A stretch of 64,000 bases of DNA from the human T2T-CHM13v2.0 reference genome, Homo sapiens (GCA_009914755.4 CP068257.2:16032001-16096000); one strand, 5' to 3'. Positions 1 through 14,382 are shown, numbered from the stretch's first letter. A program made the numbers and translations. Notes: generated by a model from the sequence alone, not told the origin.

Positions 1-610
1 GAGGAACATGAAAGTGGACAAGGAGAGTGACCATTGAAGCACAGCACCACAGGGAGGGGTTTAGGCCTCCGGATGACTGCGCGCAGGCCTGGATAATATC
101 CAGCCTCCCACCAGAAGCTGCTGGAGCAGAGTTTTCCCTGACTCCTCCAAGGAAAGGAGACTCCCTCTCGCAGTCTGCTAAGTAACCGGTGCCTTCCCAG
201 ACACTGGCGTTACCGCTTGACCAAGGAGCCCTCAAGCGGCCCTTATGCAGGCGTGACAGAAGGCTCACCTCTTGCCTTCTAGGTCACTTCTCACAATGTC
301 CCTTCAGCACCTGACCCTATACCCACTGGTTATTCCTAGGTTATATTAGTAATGCAACAAAGAGTAATATTAAAAGCTAATGATTAATAATGTTTATAAT
401 AATGATTGATAATTGTTCATGATCATCTCTATATCTAATTTGTATTATGACTATTCTTATTCTAACTATTTTCTTTATTATACTGAAACAGTTTGTGCCT
501 TCAGTCTCTTGCCTCGGCACCTGGGTAATCCTCCGCCCTCAGAGACAAGGAATCAAGGGTGAGTCCATTAAGGCAATTTGCACAAGAAATCCCCAGTAAG
601 AAAGTAAGTG

Positions 611-911
<301 letters not shown>

Positions 912-1127
912 TTAAGTGGTAGAACTTGCATATATTAAAAAAAAAAAAAAAAAAGCCCAAGCTGTCTGGACTCCAGAATCTGAACTCGTAGTGGGTATCA
1001 TGGAGAGAGGGAAAAGTATAAATATAAAAAAGAGAAAATATGTAACAAAAGAGAAATTAATTCCTGCTGTATGTGGAGGAGACATTACAGGTAATTGGTC
1101 TCACAAGTGCCAAAATATACGCTACAG

Positions 1128-1613
1128 CAGGTGTCCCCAGCTACTGGGCCAGGGACTGGTACTTGTCTGTAGCCTATTAGGAGCCAATTCACACAGCAGG
1201 AGGTGAGCGGTGGGCGAGTTAGCATTACCACCTGAGCTCTGCCTCCTGTCAGATCAGCAGCAGCGTTAGATTCTCATAAGATTGCAAACCCTATTGTGAA
1301 CTGCACATGCAATGGATCTAGGTTGCATGCTGTTTTTGAGAATCTAATGCCTGATGATCTGTCACTGTCTCCCATCACCTCCCAGATGGGACTGTCTAGT
1401 TGCAGGCAAACAAGCTCAGGGCTCCCACTGATTCTACATGATGGTGAGTTGTATAATTATTTCATTATATATTACAATGTAACATAATAGAAATAAAGTG
1501 CACAATAAATGTAATGTGCTTGCATCATCTTGAAACCATCCCCGCATCCAGTCCATGGAAAAATTGTCTTCCATGAAACTGGTCCCTGGTGCCAAAAAGA
1601 TTGGAGACCACTG
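1128..1613. mobile_element. MER1-type non-autonomous hAT (Charlie) DNA transposon
   Basis: termini caggtgtcccc ... ggagaccactg form the inverted-repeat ends; internal blocks gcattaccacctgagctctgcctcctgtcagatcag and ggtccctggtgccaaaaag match the MER1A/B consensus as recalled; flanking 8-mers cgctacag / ctctatgg are a degraded 8-bp hAT TSD. Confidence 0.6.
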
Positions 1614-2785
1614 CTCTATGGGATCCATGAGCCTTGTACTTTACCCTAAACCAGTGAATTCACAAAGTCAAGGAGTCAGAATGGGTTTCCAAAGCTCTCC
1701 TTGAATGGAAGCAACCAGAAACTGTGGTGTAGATTTTACTTTTACAAAAGTGAAACAATTCTTTTGAATAGAATAACTTTTTATTCTCCTGCTTAGGAGA
1801 ATGTTCACGTGTCCTTTGATAAAAATATTTACACTTATGTATGTATTCACATCGCCGAGTTGGAAAGCAGAATAGGTAGAAGTTCTTTATAACATCTGAT
1901 ATGCAAGAATATGATAATTTTAGACTTTTTGTCCTACAAAGTAGTCCTATGGACCAAAGGTGGATGGCAGATTTATTACTGTTCTTGGGAATTCAGGATG
2001 GGTGTCAAACAGCGATAATCATATTTCATTATGGTCTAGAGTAATTTTAGAAGTTCATTCTGAAAGTTCCAGCATGTATTATTGATTATTGTTCTATATG
2101 AATTAATCACAGATGAAATGTAAGATAGAGTGGTGTCTTGTACAATGAGTTACATAAAATTAAACGGGTCTATACAAAACTTCTTAGTGGTAGAAAAGAA
2201 CAGTAACTGCAATACACCACAAGAGGGCAAACTGGTACTGTTGAATATCAGTAACTTGGCTGCAAAGAGTGCAATGAAAGACAAGGTGATGTCAGATCCA
2301 AGCCAGTTTACTTTTCTGCAATCATTCAAAGATCAAATCAGAAAGCTTTTCTTTAGTAAGTTTTGTGGTATTTGAGAAAAGTAATAAGGTCTTACTAGTT
2401 AGTAAATAAAGCATACTGCTTTTTACTTTCATTGAAAAAAATAAGATTTGTCTCTAAAAATATATTTTCCTGGGTTAATATTGTATTAGATACATACTTT
2501 GTATCATCACCAATTGTCAAGAAAATTTGGGGAAAATTAAAAGAAAAAATTATTTTCTTTTTTATCAGCAGTGTACAGCAATATAGCAAAACAAGCTACA
2601 AATAGGTGAAATTGGGGTTCACTTTAGCAGACAGGAGAAAGGTTAACAAGGTTAAGGTTAATATGATAAATAAATTATGGCAGAGAATTGAGGCAAATGA
2701 ATAGAGATTCAGACAGTTCTCCCTGACGCTTCCCCTTACACATGTAACTAGGTGATTCATTGTAGATTAAAGAATGCCATTTGAC

Positions 2786-3109
<324 letters not shown>

Positions 3110-3360
3110 TTAGGCCCTAAATTGTCTTTTTAATAACGAGTGCAATCTGAAAATGAGGTTCTTTGTATGTTGTGGCCTGAAGATAACGATAAAAGATAAA
3201 GAAACATTGGCAAACTGCAAAATCCTCACAGCACATGCAGTTTAGAGTGATGCTAGAAGTAATGTGATGTTTCCCTATTGAAAGAAAACTTATAAATATT
3301 TTCACTAGGAATGTTCCGTTAGTCCAGGGGTTGGCAACTTTTCCTTTAAAGAGCCAGATA

Positions 3361-3718
<358 letters not shown>

Positions 3719-4559
3719 CTACTCCTTTTTGCCACTGTAGTGTAAAAACAGTCAGAGACAAGCAAATGAATGGACGTCATTGTGTTCCAATAAAACTTTA
3801 GTTAACAAAAATAGATGTCAGGCTAGAATGGCCCCTGGGTTGCAGTTCGTTAAACCCCACTTTAGTCTAGCTGTGGACCCCTTCATAGTAAAGGAGTAAA
3901 TGAGAAGGAGAAATAAACTTGAGACTTGGACGTAGGGACACAAATAGCCTATAACTGGAGAGCAGAAGGTTATAAAAATCTCCACCTCAGGTCCCAAGAG
4001 ATGTTCAACACTCAGAGTCTTAACAAGAAGCAAAAATTGTCTTAGGAAAAAGCGTATTTTAGAAAATTGGTTGAAACACATCCATAGCCTCATGCTTAAA
4101 ATATGTAAATCCTGAAAGTGAAGTAAATCTAAAAATGTATGAGCTGGGGATTCTGTCCTGAGCATCAGAAGCCCGGGCATTTTGAGCCATCAAGAAGTAA
4201 GGAAATGCTTGAATCTTGCAGGAAACAGTAGGGTTTTGCAGCAAGACCATTGTGGGTGACAAATTCGCTCCAAAAAGCACCCTCATTTTCTGAGTGTAAG
4301 GAAACATCCCATAAATTACACCTCACAGACATTTCTAAAAGACCACTGGAAATTTAAAAATTTTGAAAACTTATTTCGTCATTTGTAGAAAGAACAAATT
4401 TTCAAAGAGTGACACATGCATTCTACTTTGATTTGAAAGATGAGCTAAGTTTTTCATGAAATCAACTAATTAATTGCTGGGGGAAAAAATGGCTTAAAAG
4501 AGTATATACTGCAATGGTGCCCAAGTCTGGCTGTAGGAAAATGTCAAGGAGACTTTTGT

Positions 4560-4990
4560 CAATGAAAAGTGGCAAACTCTGTAAAATATTTGAAGAGATG
4601 TATTCTCAGGTAAATATGAGTGACCAATGGCCTCTGACACAGCCCTCAGAAGATTTTGAGAACACGCACCCGAGGTGGTCGGAGTACAGCTTGGTTTTAT
4701 ACATTTTTGGGAGACATGAGACATCAATGAATACATGTAAGATGTATATTGGTTTGGTCCAGAAAGGTGGGACAACTCAAAGCAGGAGACCTTCCAGGTT
4801 ATATGTAGCTTTAAAGATTTTCTGATTGGCAATTTGTTGAAAGAGTTATTATCAATAGAAAGGAAGGTCTGGTTACAATAAGGGGTTGTAGAAACCAAGG
4901 TTTTATCGTGCAGATGAAGTCTCCTGGTAGCAGCCTTCAGAGAATAGATTGTAAATGTTTCTTATCAGATTTAAAGAGTCTGTTCTGTCA
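4560..4990 (+). repeat. copy A of an unidentified interspersed repeat family (3 copies in window)
   Basis: about 80 percent identical over about 400 bp to 23890-24330 (same strand) and to the reverse complement of 31300-31740; shared blocks include gcagcttggttttatacatttt..gacatgagacatcaat, ggtttggtccagaaaggtgggacaactcaaag and gattttctgattggcaatttgtt. Confidence 0.55.
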
Positions 4991-5644
4991 ATAATTCCAA
5001 AATGGAGGAGGGTATAATGAGGCATGTCCAGCTCCCCACTCCCATCGTGGCCTGAACTAGTTTTTTCAGGTTAACTTTGAAATGCCCTTGGCTGAGAGGA
5101 GGGGTCCATTCTGTTGGTTGGGGGCGGGGGCCTTAGAATTTTATTTTTTGATTTACTTTTTTTTTTTAAAAAAGCAACACAGCTTCCCAGATTTTACTCC
5201 AAACACTGAATTGGATTTTCTGGAGCCTGTGTGTGACACAGGCATTTTTATGACACTTCCCAGGTGAGTCTTGGTAGAAACCAGGCTAGCACCAGTCCAG
5301 GGAGTGGTATTTAGGAAAGAAAAGGACAAAGTATAAAACTTGGGTTTGATTTTGACCATTGTTGGGGCCAAGGAAAAACTATTTCACCCTCTGAAGGTCT
5401 GGTGAAAAATCAACTCACAAAAGGCATAAAAATCTATTAATGTGCACACAGGGGAGAACCACAGAGCGCATGCAAGGACAAAGCTGAACTGCAACAGGAA
5501 TTTGGAATTGAAAGCCAGTTCCAGTCCCTAATGGGGTGCAGAAGCTTATATACCATCCTGAAGTACAGAAAGGATAGAGGCTCAGAGCATGGCCGATAAA
5601 AGGTTACGGTGGTAAATCAGGTTATAGTGATAAGACAGGCTACA

Positions 5645-5848
5645 AGAGGGAGAGAAGAGGAGGCCTGTAGCAAAGGTGGTCTTGTTATGTAGGTGAAAAT
5701 TCACAGCTGGCAGCCCTCCAAGAGGGAGAGAAGAGGAGGCCTGGCTAGAAAAGTTGGTCTTGTTATGTAGGTGAAAATTCATAGCTGGCAGCCCTCCAAG
5801 AGGGAGAGAAGAGGAGGCCTGGCTAGAAAAGGTGGTCTTGTTATGTAG
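5645..5848. repeat. minisatellite, about 80-bp unit x about 2.6
   Basis: unit agagggagagaagaggaggcctggctagaaaagttggtcttgttatgtaggtgaaaattcacagctggcagccctccaag repeated head to tail with few substitutions. Confidence 0.85.
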
Positions 5849-6454
5849 CAGACCTCAGACTGAATAGATGATGAATGTTTCTTTCAGGCCTTTAAAGGTG
5901 TCAAACTCTCAGTTTATCTTTCCTAGATCCAGACAAGAAAGGGCCTGGGTGCACCGATGCAGATTCTCTACAGAGGTGAATCTTCCTCACAAAAGACAGC
6001 TTTGCAGGACAACTTCTGTTTACTGGCTCTGTAACAGCCATCTCAAAATATGTCAACTAAATATATTTGCGTTAAAATATTTTGATTTCCTTCACTATGC
6101 TGAGTTCAAAGCTGCACCCTGCCATGTATTAGTCATTTGTCCCTGAGCTGGTGATGTACTCTTTTAAGGCTTCAGTTACCATCCCCATGACATGAAGCCA
6201 GTGTTTGTCCCTAAGGTAAGGATGGAAAATCTGAGAATGTGACTCTGTGTGGGCTTCAAGTATACATGCTTTATCTCTTTCACACCCTTCTCCTCTTTCT
6301 TCCTGGGAACAATATAACTGGATTTGCTTCACTCAGCAATATACAGAATTTTACTGAAAATGAGAGCCTTTGGAGAAAATATATTATTTTAGCTTTGTTC
6401 CATTGAAGCATTTCTTCCTGAATTTCCTGAGAACTCTGGGTTTATTTATTTTTT

Positions 6455-6844
6455 AGACTTTTGATTTTATTTATTTATTTATTTTAACTCTTTTTTTCCA
6501 ATAAGTTATTGGGGTTCAGGTGGTATTTGGTTACATGGGTAAGTTCTTTAGTGGTGATTCGTGAGATTTTGGTGCACCCATCACCCAGGCAGTATACACT
6601 GCACCATATTTGTAATCTTTTATCCCTCATCCCCCTCTCACTCTTCCCCCTAAGTCCCCAAAGTCCATTGTATCGTTCTTATGCCTTTGTGTCCTCATAG
6701 CTTAACTCCCACACATCAGTGAGAACATATGATGTTTGGTTTTCCATTCCTGTGTTACTTCATTTAGAATAATAGTCTCCAATCTCATACAGGTAACTGC
6801 AAATGCTGTTAATTCATTCCTTTTTATGCCTGTGTAGTATTCCA

Positions 6845-6901
<57 letters not shown>

Positions 6902-9900
6902 CATATCACAGTTTCTTTATACACTTGTTGATTGATGGGCATTTGGATTGGTTCCATGATTTTGCAATTGTGAATTGTGCTGCTATAAACATGCATGTGC
7001 AAGTATCTTTTTTGAATAATGACTTATTTGCCTCTGGGTAGTAGTGGGATTGCTGGATCAAATGGTAGTTTACTTTTAGTTCTTTAAGGAATCTCCACAC
7101 TGTTTTCCATAGTGGCTGCACTAGTTTCCATTCCCACCAGCAGTGTAGAAGTGTTCCCTGTTCATCATACCCATACCAAACATCTACTGTGTTTTGATTT
7201 TTTGATTATGGCCATTCTTGCAAGAGTAAGGTGGTATCGCATTATGGTTTTGATTTGCATTTCCCTGATCATTAGTAATGTCGAGCATTTTTCCATACGT
7301 TTGTTGGCCATTTGTATATCTTCTTTTGAGAATTGTCTATTCATATCCTTAGCCCAGTTTTTGATGGGATTGTTAGTTTTTTTCTTACTGATTTGTTTGA
7401 GTTCATTGTAGATTCTGGATATTAATCCTCTGTCAGATGTGTAGATTGTGAAGATTTTCTCCCATTCTGTCTGTTTACTCTGCTGACTGTTCCTTTTGCT
7501 GTGCAAAAGCTCTTTAGTTTAATTAGGTCCCAACTATTTATCTTTGTTTTTGCTCCATTTGCTTTTGGGTTCTTGGTCATGAAATTCTTGCCTCAGCCAA
7601 TGTCTAGAAGGGCATTTCCAATGTTATCTTCTAGAATTTTTTATAGTTTCAGGTCTTAGGTTTAAGTCCTTAATCCATCTTGAGTTGATTTTTTATAAGG
7701 TGAGAGATGAGGATCCAGTTTCATTCTCCTACATGTGTCTAGCCAATTATCCCAGGATCATTTGTTGAAAAGGGTGTCCTTTCCCCACTTTATGTTTTCA
7801 TTTGCTTTGTTGAAGATCAGTTGGCTGAAAGTATTGGGTTTATTTCTGGATTCTCTTTTCTTTTCCATTGGTCTATGTGCCTATTTTTATACCAGTACCA
7901 TGCTGTTTTGGTGACTATGGCCTTATGGTATGAGTTCTGCTCTGATCTTGGTTATTTCCTATCTTCTGCTGGGTTTGGGTTTGAAATCAAGTAGTGTGAT
8001 GCCTCCAGATTTGTTCTTTTTGCTAAGTCTTGCTTTGGCTGTGTGGGCTCTTTTTTGGTGCCATATGAATTTTAGAATTGTTTTTTCTAATTCTGTGAAG
8101 AGAGATGGTGGTATTTTGATGGGGATTGCATTGGATTTGTAGATTTCTTTTGGCAGTATGGTCATTTTCAAACAATATTGATTCTACCCATCCATGAGCA
8201 TGAGATATGTTTCCATTTGTGCCATCTATGATTTCTTTCAGCAGTGTTTTTTAGTTTTCCTTGTAGAAGTCTTTCTACTCCTTTGTTAGGTATATTCCTA
8301 AGGTTTTTGTTTGTTTGTTTGTTTGTTTGTTTTGTTTTTTTTTTCAGCTATTGTAAAAGGGGTTGAGTTCTTGATTTGATTCTCTGCTTGGTCGCTGTTG
8401 CTGTTTAGAAAAGTTACTGATTTGTATACATTAATCTTGTCTCCAGAAACTTTGCTGAATTCTTCTATCAGTTCTAGGAGCTTTCTGGAGGAATCCTTAG
8501 GTTTTTCAAGGTAAACAGTCAGCAAATGGTGACAGTTTGACTTCCTTTTTACCTGTTTGGATGCCCTTTATTTCTTTCTGTTGTCTGATTGCTCTGGCTA
8601 GGATTTCCAGTACTATGTTGAAGAGGAGTGGTGAGAGTGGACATCCCTGTCTTGTTCCCATTCTCAGAGGAAATGCTTTCAACTTTTCCCCATTCATTAT
8701 TATGTCGACTGTGGGTTTTTCATAGATGGCTTTTATTACATTAAGGTATGTCCCTTATATGCCAATTTTGCTGAGAGTTTTAACCATAAAGGGATGCTGG
8801 ATTTTGTCAAATTTTTTTTTCTGCATCTATTGAGATGATCATGTGATTTTTGTTTTTAATTCTGTTTATGTGGTGTATCACATTTATTGACTTGCGTATG
8901 TTAAACCATCCGTGCATTCCTGGTATTAAACCCACTTGCTCATGATGGATTATCTTTTTGATATGTTGCTGGATTCGATTAGCTAGTATTTTGTTAAGGA
9001 TTTTAGCATCTATGTTCTTCAAGGATATTGGTCTGTAGTTTTCTTTTCTGGTTTTGGTATTAGGGTGATATTGGCTTCACAGAATGAATTAGGGAGGGTT
9101 CCTTCTTTCTCTGTCTTGTGGAATAGTGTCAATAGGATTGGTATCAATTCTTCTTTGAATGTCTAGTAGAATTCTGCTGTGATTCCGTCTGGTCCTGGAC
9201 TTTTTTTTGTTGGTAATTTTTAAATTACAATTTCAATCTCACTGCTTGTTACTGGTCTGTTCAGGGTATCTAATTCTTCATGATTTAAGCTAGGAGGGTT
9301 GTATTTTTCAAGGAGTTTATTCATCTATTTTAGGTTTTCTAGTTTATATGCATAAGGGTGTTCATAGCAGCCTTGAATGAACTTTTGTATTTCAGTGGTG
9401 TCAGTTGTAATATCTCCTGTTTCCTTTCTTAGTGAGGTTATTTAGATTTTCTTTCTTCTTTTTGTGGTTATCTTGCTAATGGTCTATCAATTTTACTTAT
9501 CTCTCAAAGAACCAGCTGTTTGTTTCATTTATCTTCTGTCTTGTCTTTTTATTTCAATTTCATTTAGTTCTGCTCTGATCTTGGTTATTTCCTCTGTTCT
9601 GCTGGGTTTGGGTTTGGTTTGTTCTTGTTTCTCTAGTTCCTTGAGATGTAACCATAGATTGTCTATTTGTGATCTTTCAGACTTTTTGATGTAGGCATTT
9701 ATGACTATGCAGTTTCCTCTTAGCACTGCCTTTGCTGTATCCCAGAGGTTTTGATAGATTGTGTCATTATTGTCATTCAGTTCAAAGAATTTTTAAATTT
9801 CCATCTTGATTTCCTTTTTGACGCAATGCTCATTGAGGAGCCAGTTATTTAATTTCCATGTATTTGCATGGTTTTGAAGATTCCTTTTGGAGTTGATTCC

Positions 9901-12900
9901 CAGTTATATTCCACTGTGGTCTGAGAGAGTGCTTGATATAATTTCGATTTTCTTAAATTTTTTGAGGCTCATTTTATGGCCTATCATATTGTCTGTCTTG
10001 GAGAAAGTTCCATGTGCTGTTGAATAGAATGTGTGTTCTGTGGTTGTTGGATGAAATGTTCTGTGTATATCTGTTAAGTCCATTTGTTCCAAGATATAGT
10101 TTAAGTCCACTGTTTCTTTGTTGAATTTATGTCTTGATGACCTGTCTAGTGCTGTCTGTGGAGTATTGAAGTCCCCCACTATTATTATGTTTCTGTCTAT
10201 CTCATCTCTTAGGTCTATTAGCAATCGTTTTATAAATTTGAGACCTCCAGTGTTAGGTGCATATATGTTTAGGATTGTGATATTTTCCCACTGGACAAGG
10301 CCTTGTACCTCTTTGTCTCTTTTAGCAGATGTTGCTTTAAAATTTGTTTTGTCTGATATAAGAATAGCTACTCCTGCTTGCTTTTGGTGTTCATTTGCAT
10401 GAAATGCCTTTTTATACCCCTTTACTTTAAACTTACGTGAGTGCTTATGTGTTAGTTGAGTCTCTTCAAGGCAGCATATAGTTGGTTGGTGAGTTCTTAT
10501 CCATTCTGTGGTTCTCTATCTTTTAAGTGGAGCACTTAGGCCATTTACATTCAACGTTAGTATTGAAACGTGAGGTACCATTGCTTTCATCATGTTCCTT
10601 GTTGCCTGTGTACTTTGGTGGTTTCTTTTTTGTTTTTGCTTTTTAACTTGTATTTTTGTTTTATAGGTTCTATGTGATTTATGTTTTAAAGAGGTTCTAT
10701 TTTGATTTGTTTCAAGATTTAGAGCTCCTTTAAGCAGTTCTTGTAGTGGTGGCTTGGAAGTGGCAAATTCTCTCAACATTTGTTTGTCTGAAAAAGACTA
10801 TTTTTTCTTCATGTATGATGCTTAGTTTCACTGCATACAAAATTCTTGGCTCATAATTGTTTTGTTTGAGGAGGCTGAAGGTACGTCCCCAATCCCTTCT
10901 AGCTTGTAGGGTTTCTGCTGAGAAATCTGCTGTTAATCTGATAGGTGTTCCTTTGTAGGTTACTTGGTGCTTCTGTCTTGTGGCTTTTAAGATTCTTTCC
11001 TTTGTCTTAACTTTGGATAACCTGATGACAATGTGGCTAGGCAAAGATCTTTTTGCAATGAATTTCCCAGGTGTCCTTTGTGCTTCTTGTACTTGGCTCT
11101 CTAGATCTCTCACAAGGCCAGGGAATTTTTCCTTAATTATTCCCTCAAACATGTTTTCCAGGCTTTTAGAATTCTCTTCTTCCTCAGGTACACCAATTTT
11201 TCTTAGGTTTGGTTGTTTAACATAATCCCAGACTTCTTGGAGGCTTTGTTTATATTTTCTTATTCTTTTCTCTTTGTCAGATTGGGTTAATTCAAAGACC
11301 TTGTCTTTGAGCTCTGAATTTCTTCCTTCTACTTGTTCAATTCTATTGCTGTGACTTTCCAGAGCATTTCAGATTTCTAAAAGTGTGTCCAAAGTTTCCT
11401 GAATTTTTATTGTTTTTTCTTTAAGTGATCTATATCCATGAATATTTCTCCCTTCACTTCTTGTATCGTTTTTTGGATTTCTTTGCATTGGGCTTCACCT
11501 TTCTCTGGTCCCTCCCTGATTAGCTTATTAACTAACCTCCTGAATTCTTTTTTCAGGTAAATCAGGGATTTCTTCTTGGTTTGGATCCATTGCTGGTGAA
11601 CAAGTGTGATTTTTTGGGGGTATTGAAGAGCCTGGTTTTGTCATATTACCAGGATTGGTTTTCTGGTTCTTTCTCATTTGGGTAGGCTCTGTCAGAGGGA
11701 AGGTCTAGGGCTGAAGGCTGTTGTTCAGGTTCTTTTGTCCCATGGGGTGTTCTCTTGATGTAGTACTGTCTCCCTTTTCCTATAGATGTGGCTTCCTGTG
11801 AGCTGAACTGCAGTGATTGTTGTCTCTCTTCTGGGTCTAGCCACCCAGCGAGTTTCCCAGCTCTGGGCTGGTACTGGGGTTTGTCTGCACAGAGTCCTGT
11901 GATGTGAACCATCTATGGGTCTCTCAGCTGTGGTTACCAGCACCTTTTCGGGTGGAACTGGCAGAAGGTGCAATGGGCTCTGTGAGGTTCCTTAGCTTTG
12001 GTGGTTTAATGCTCTATTTTTGTGCTGTTTGGCCTCCTGCCAGGAGGTGGCGCTTTCCAGAAAGCATCAGCTGCAGTAGTGTGGAGAGGGACTGGCAGTG
12101 GGTGTGGCCCTAGAACTCCCAAGATTATATGCCCTTTGTCTTGCACTACCGGGGTGGATAGGCTAGGACCACCAGGTGGGGGCAGGGCTGGGTGTGTCTG
12201 AGCTCAGACTCTCCATGGGCGGGTCTTGCTGCTGCTGCTGTGGGGGATAGGGTTGAGGTTCCCAGGTCACTGGACTTGTGTACCTAGCAGGATTATGGCT
12301 GCCTCTGCTGAGTCATGCAGGTTGTCAGGGAAGTGGGGGAAAGCCGGCAGTCACAGACCTCACCCAGCTCCCATGCAAACTGAAGGGCTGGTCTCACTCC
12401 CACCATGCCCTGGCCAACAGCCCAGAATCTGTTTCCAGGAGGAGGGTGAGATGGGCTTGAAAATTTGCCTGAGGCTATCCACCTCCCAGCTGGGAGAGAA
12501 TAACGCTTTAGTTCTTCTCCTGCCTGTGAAGTCTGCATGCCTGATTCGTGCCCTCCCGAGTTCTTGCCCAGAGGCTTCTTGCCCTGTTCAAATTGTTACA
12601 AAGTTCAGCTAGAGAATTCCTTCTCCCTGTAGTTTCACCCCCTGCTCCTCTGGCCACCCTCCTGATGTGTGGTCCCAGGCAGGAACTGGCTGCTTAGGGA
12701 CCCAGCGAGCTCCCAGGGCCTTTCTGCTGCTTCCTCTACCCCATATTTCACTCGGCTCTCTAACTGGACTCGGCACCAGGTAAAGTCGAAAACTTCTCCC
12801 TCAAACAGAACTTCGGTTTCTCCAGTGGGTGTGTGTGTCCAGGAGAGGTGGATCTTCCTTTCCCACTTCTATGGTTGGGACACTCACAGTATTTGGGGTG

Positions 12901-13265
12901 TCTCCCAGGTCCTGCAGGAGCAGTCTGCTTCCTTCAGAGGATCTGTAGTTCCTCTCGGTGTTGCTGGTTTGTTTTTGCAGTCAATGTATTTGACTTTTTA
13001 AAATTCTGGTCCAACGTATTTTAAATCCCCAATTCATGGGTTATAATCACAAAGACATAAGGATGAATTTGAGGCTCTGGAACTGAGCTCCTGGGTCTCT
13101 GTCTTGCCTGATCCTCTTAGCTGGAGGCAGAGTCAGAGCTCTGGGTTTAGGTCACTTGAGCAGGTACAGAATAGTGTGAGTGATGGATGGGTTAATATGC
13201 CTACCATCTCTTCTCTTAAGCACCAGGTGGGGAGAAGACCAAGCAGGGAGATGTCAAGTCCTCAT
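6455..13265 (-). mobile_element. L1 (LINE-1), structurally full length, primate L1P-type with a long 5'UTR; ORFs disrupted
   Basis: reading leftward on the minus strand: T-rich tail at 6456-6498, 3'UTR, ORF2 fragments (minus-strand ORFs 7165-7506 C-terminus, 8506-8697 and 8807-9022 RT motifs, 9904-10224 endonuclease), ORF1 C-terminal half (10730-11152, matches the ORF1 of the second L1 at 28880-29512), then about 1.6 kb of 5'UTR homologous to 27093-28870; many frameshifts. Confidence 0.9.
6846..6897. repeat. (TG)26 microsatellite inside L1
   Basis: perfect tgtgtg run of 52 bp, expanded from the L1 motif gtgtatatgtgccacat. Confidence 0.97.
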
Positions 13266-13893
13266 GTCAGGGGCATTTGAACTAGAGTGACTCCATCTTG
13301 AATGGGGGCTAGGTAAAATAAGGCTGAGACCTGCTGGGCTGCATTCCCAGGAGGTTAAGGCATTCTTAGTCACAGGATGAGATAGGAAGTCAGCACAAGA
13401 TACAGTTAACAAAGACCTTGCTGATAAAATAGCATGTGGTAAAGAAGCTGGCCAAATCCCACCAATGCCAAGATGGCGACAAAAGTGACTTCTGATCACT
13501 TTCATTATATGCTAATTGTCATTACACACTAATTAGAATGTATTAACATCCTAAAAGACATACCCACCAGCACAACAACAGTTTACAAATGCCATGGGAA
13601 TGTCAGGGCAATCTAAAAAAAGGGGGAACCCTCAGTTCCAGGAATTGCCCACCCTTTTCCTGGGAAATTCATGAATAATCCACCCCTTCTTTAGCAGATA
13701 ATCAAGAAATAAACATAAAAATAGGCAACCGGAAGCCCTTGGGGGTGCTCTGCCTATGGAGTAGCCATTCTTTTATTCCCTTACTTTCTTAATAAACTTG
13801 CTTTCACTTTATGACCTTGTCCTGGATTCTTTCTTACACAAGGTCCAAGAACCCTCTCTTAGAGTGTGGATCAAGACCCTTTTCTGTTAACGC
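13266..13893 (+). mobile_element. probable solo LTR12-type (HERV9) LTR, short variant
   Basis: starts tg (tgtcagggg) and contains gatgagataggaagtcagcacaagatacag, ccaagatggcgac, gtttacaaatgccatgg, ggaaccctcagttccaggaattgcccacc, gagtagccattcttttattcccttactttcttaataaacttgctttcac, blocks I recall from the LTR12 consensus; boundaries uncertain. Confidence 0.5.
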
Positions 13894-14382
13894 TCAGATA
13901 TCCCTTCAAGTCTTAGCTTGTGCTGACTTTCTTGGCTTAAGGCAATTCCAAACTTACTGCTCAGAAACTGGCTTTCAATTCCAAATTCCTGTTGCACTTG
14001 AGCTGTGTTCTTACATGCAGGTGTAGGAGGTTTTTGCTCCTTTGTTAGAGGTTAAAGCAGCAGTGAAGTAAGCCACCCCTGCTGCTCCTTAATTTATTTA
14101 TTTTTTCATTTTCTCTCTGGTTTATTTGAAGGAAGAAGAACAGAACAATGTTAGCCCCTCTGAATCTTGAGTGTGGAAAATTACGGGGCCACCTACCAAT
14201 TGTTACTGGCAGGAGACGTAATAAGAGAGCCAGGAGCTGGCAACTCTCCTTCCTCTGGCCAGGAGTTTTCTTCTTACTCATTAGCAATTATTTATCTGCT
14301 CTTTGGAAGGAGGAGTTGTTCCTCCTTGCACGTGCTGTGCTGAATGAACTCACCAGAAGGAAAATAATTTCACAGTGCATGT

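Noticed and set aside
13440-13500. Motif gccaagatggcg resembling the L1 5' start (GGAGCCAAGATGGCCGAATAGG) suggesting another L1 begins here
   Set aside because: Surrounding sequence (gatgagataggaagtcagcacaagatacag ... gtttacaaatgccatgg ... ccctcagttccaggaattgcccacc) matches LTR12-type LTRs, which contain the same short motif. No L1 5'UTR follows.
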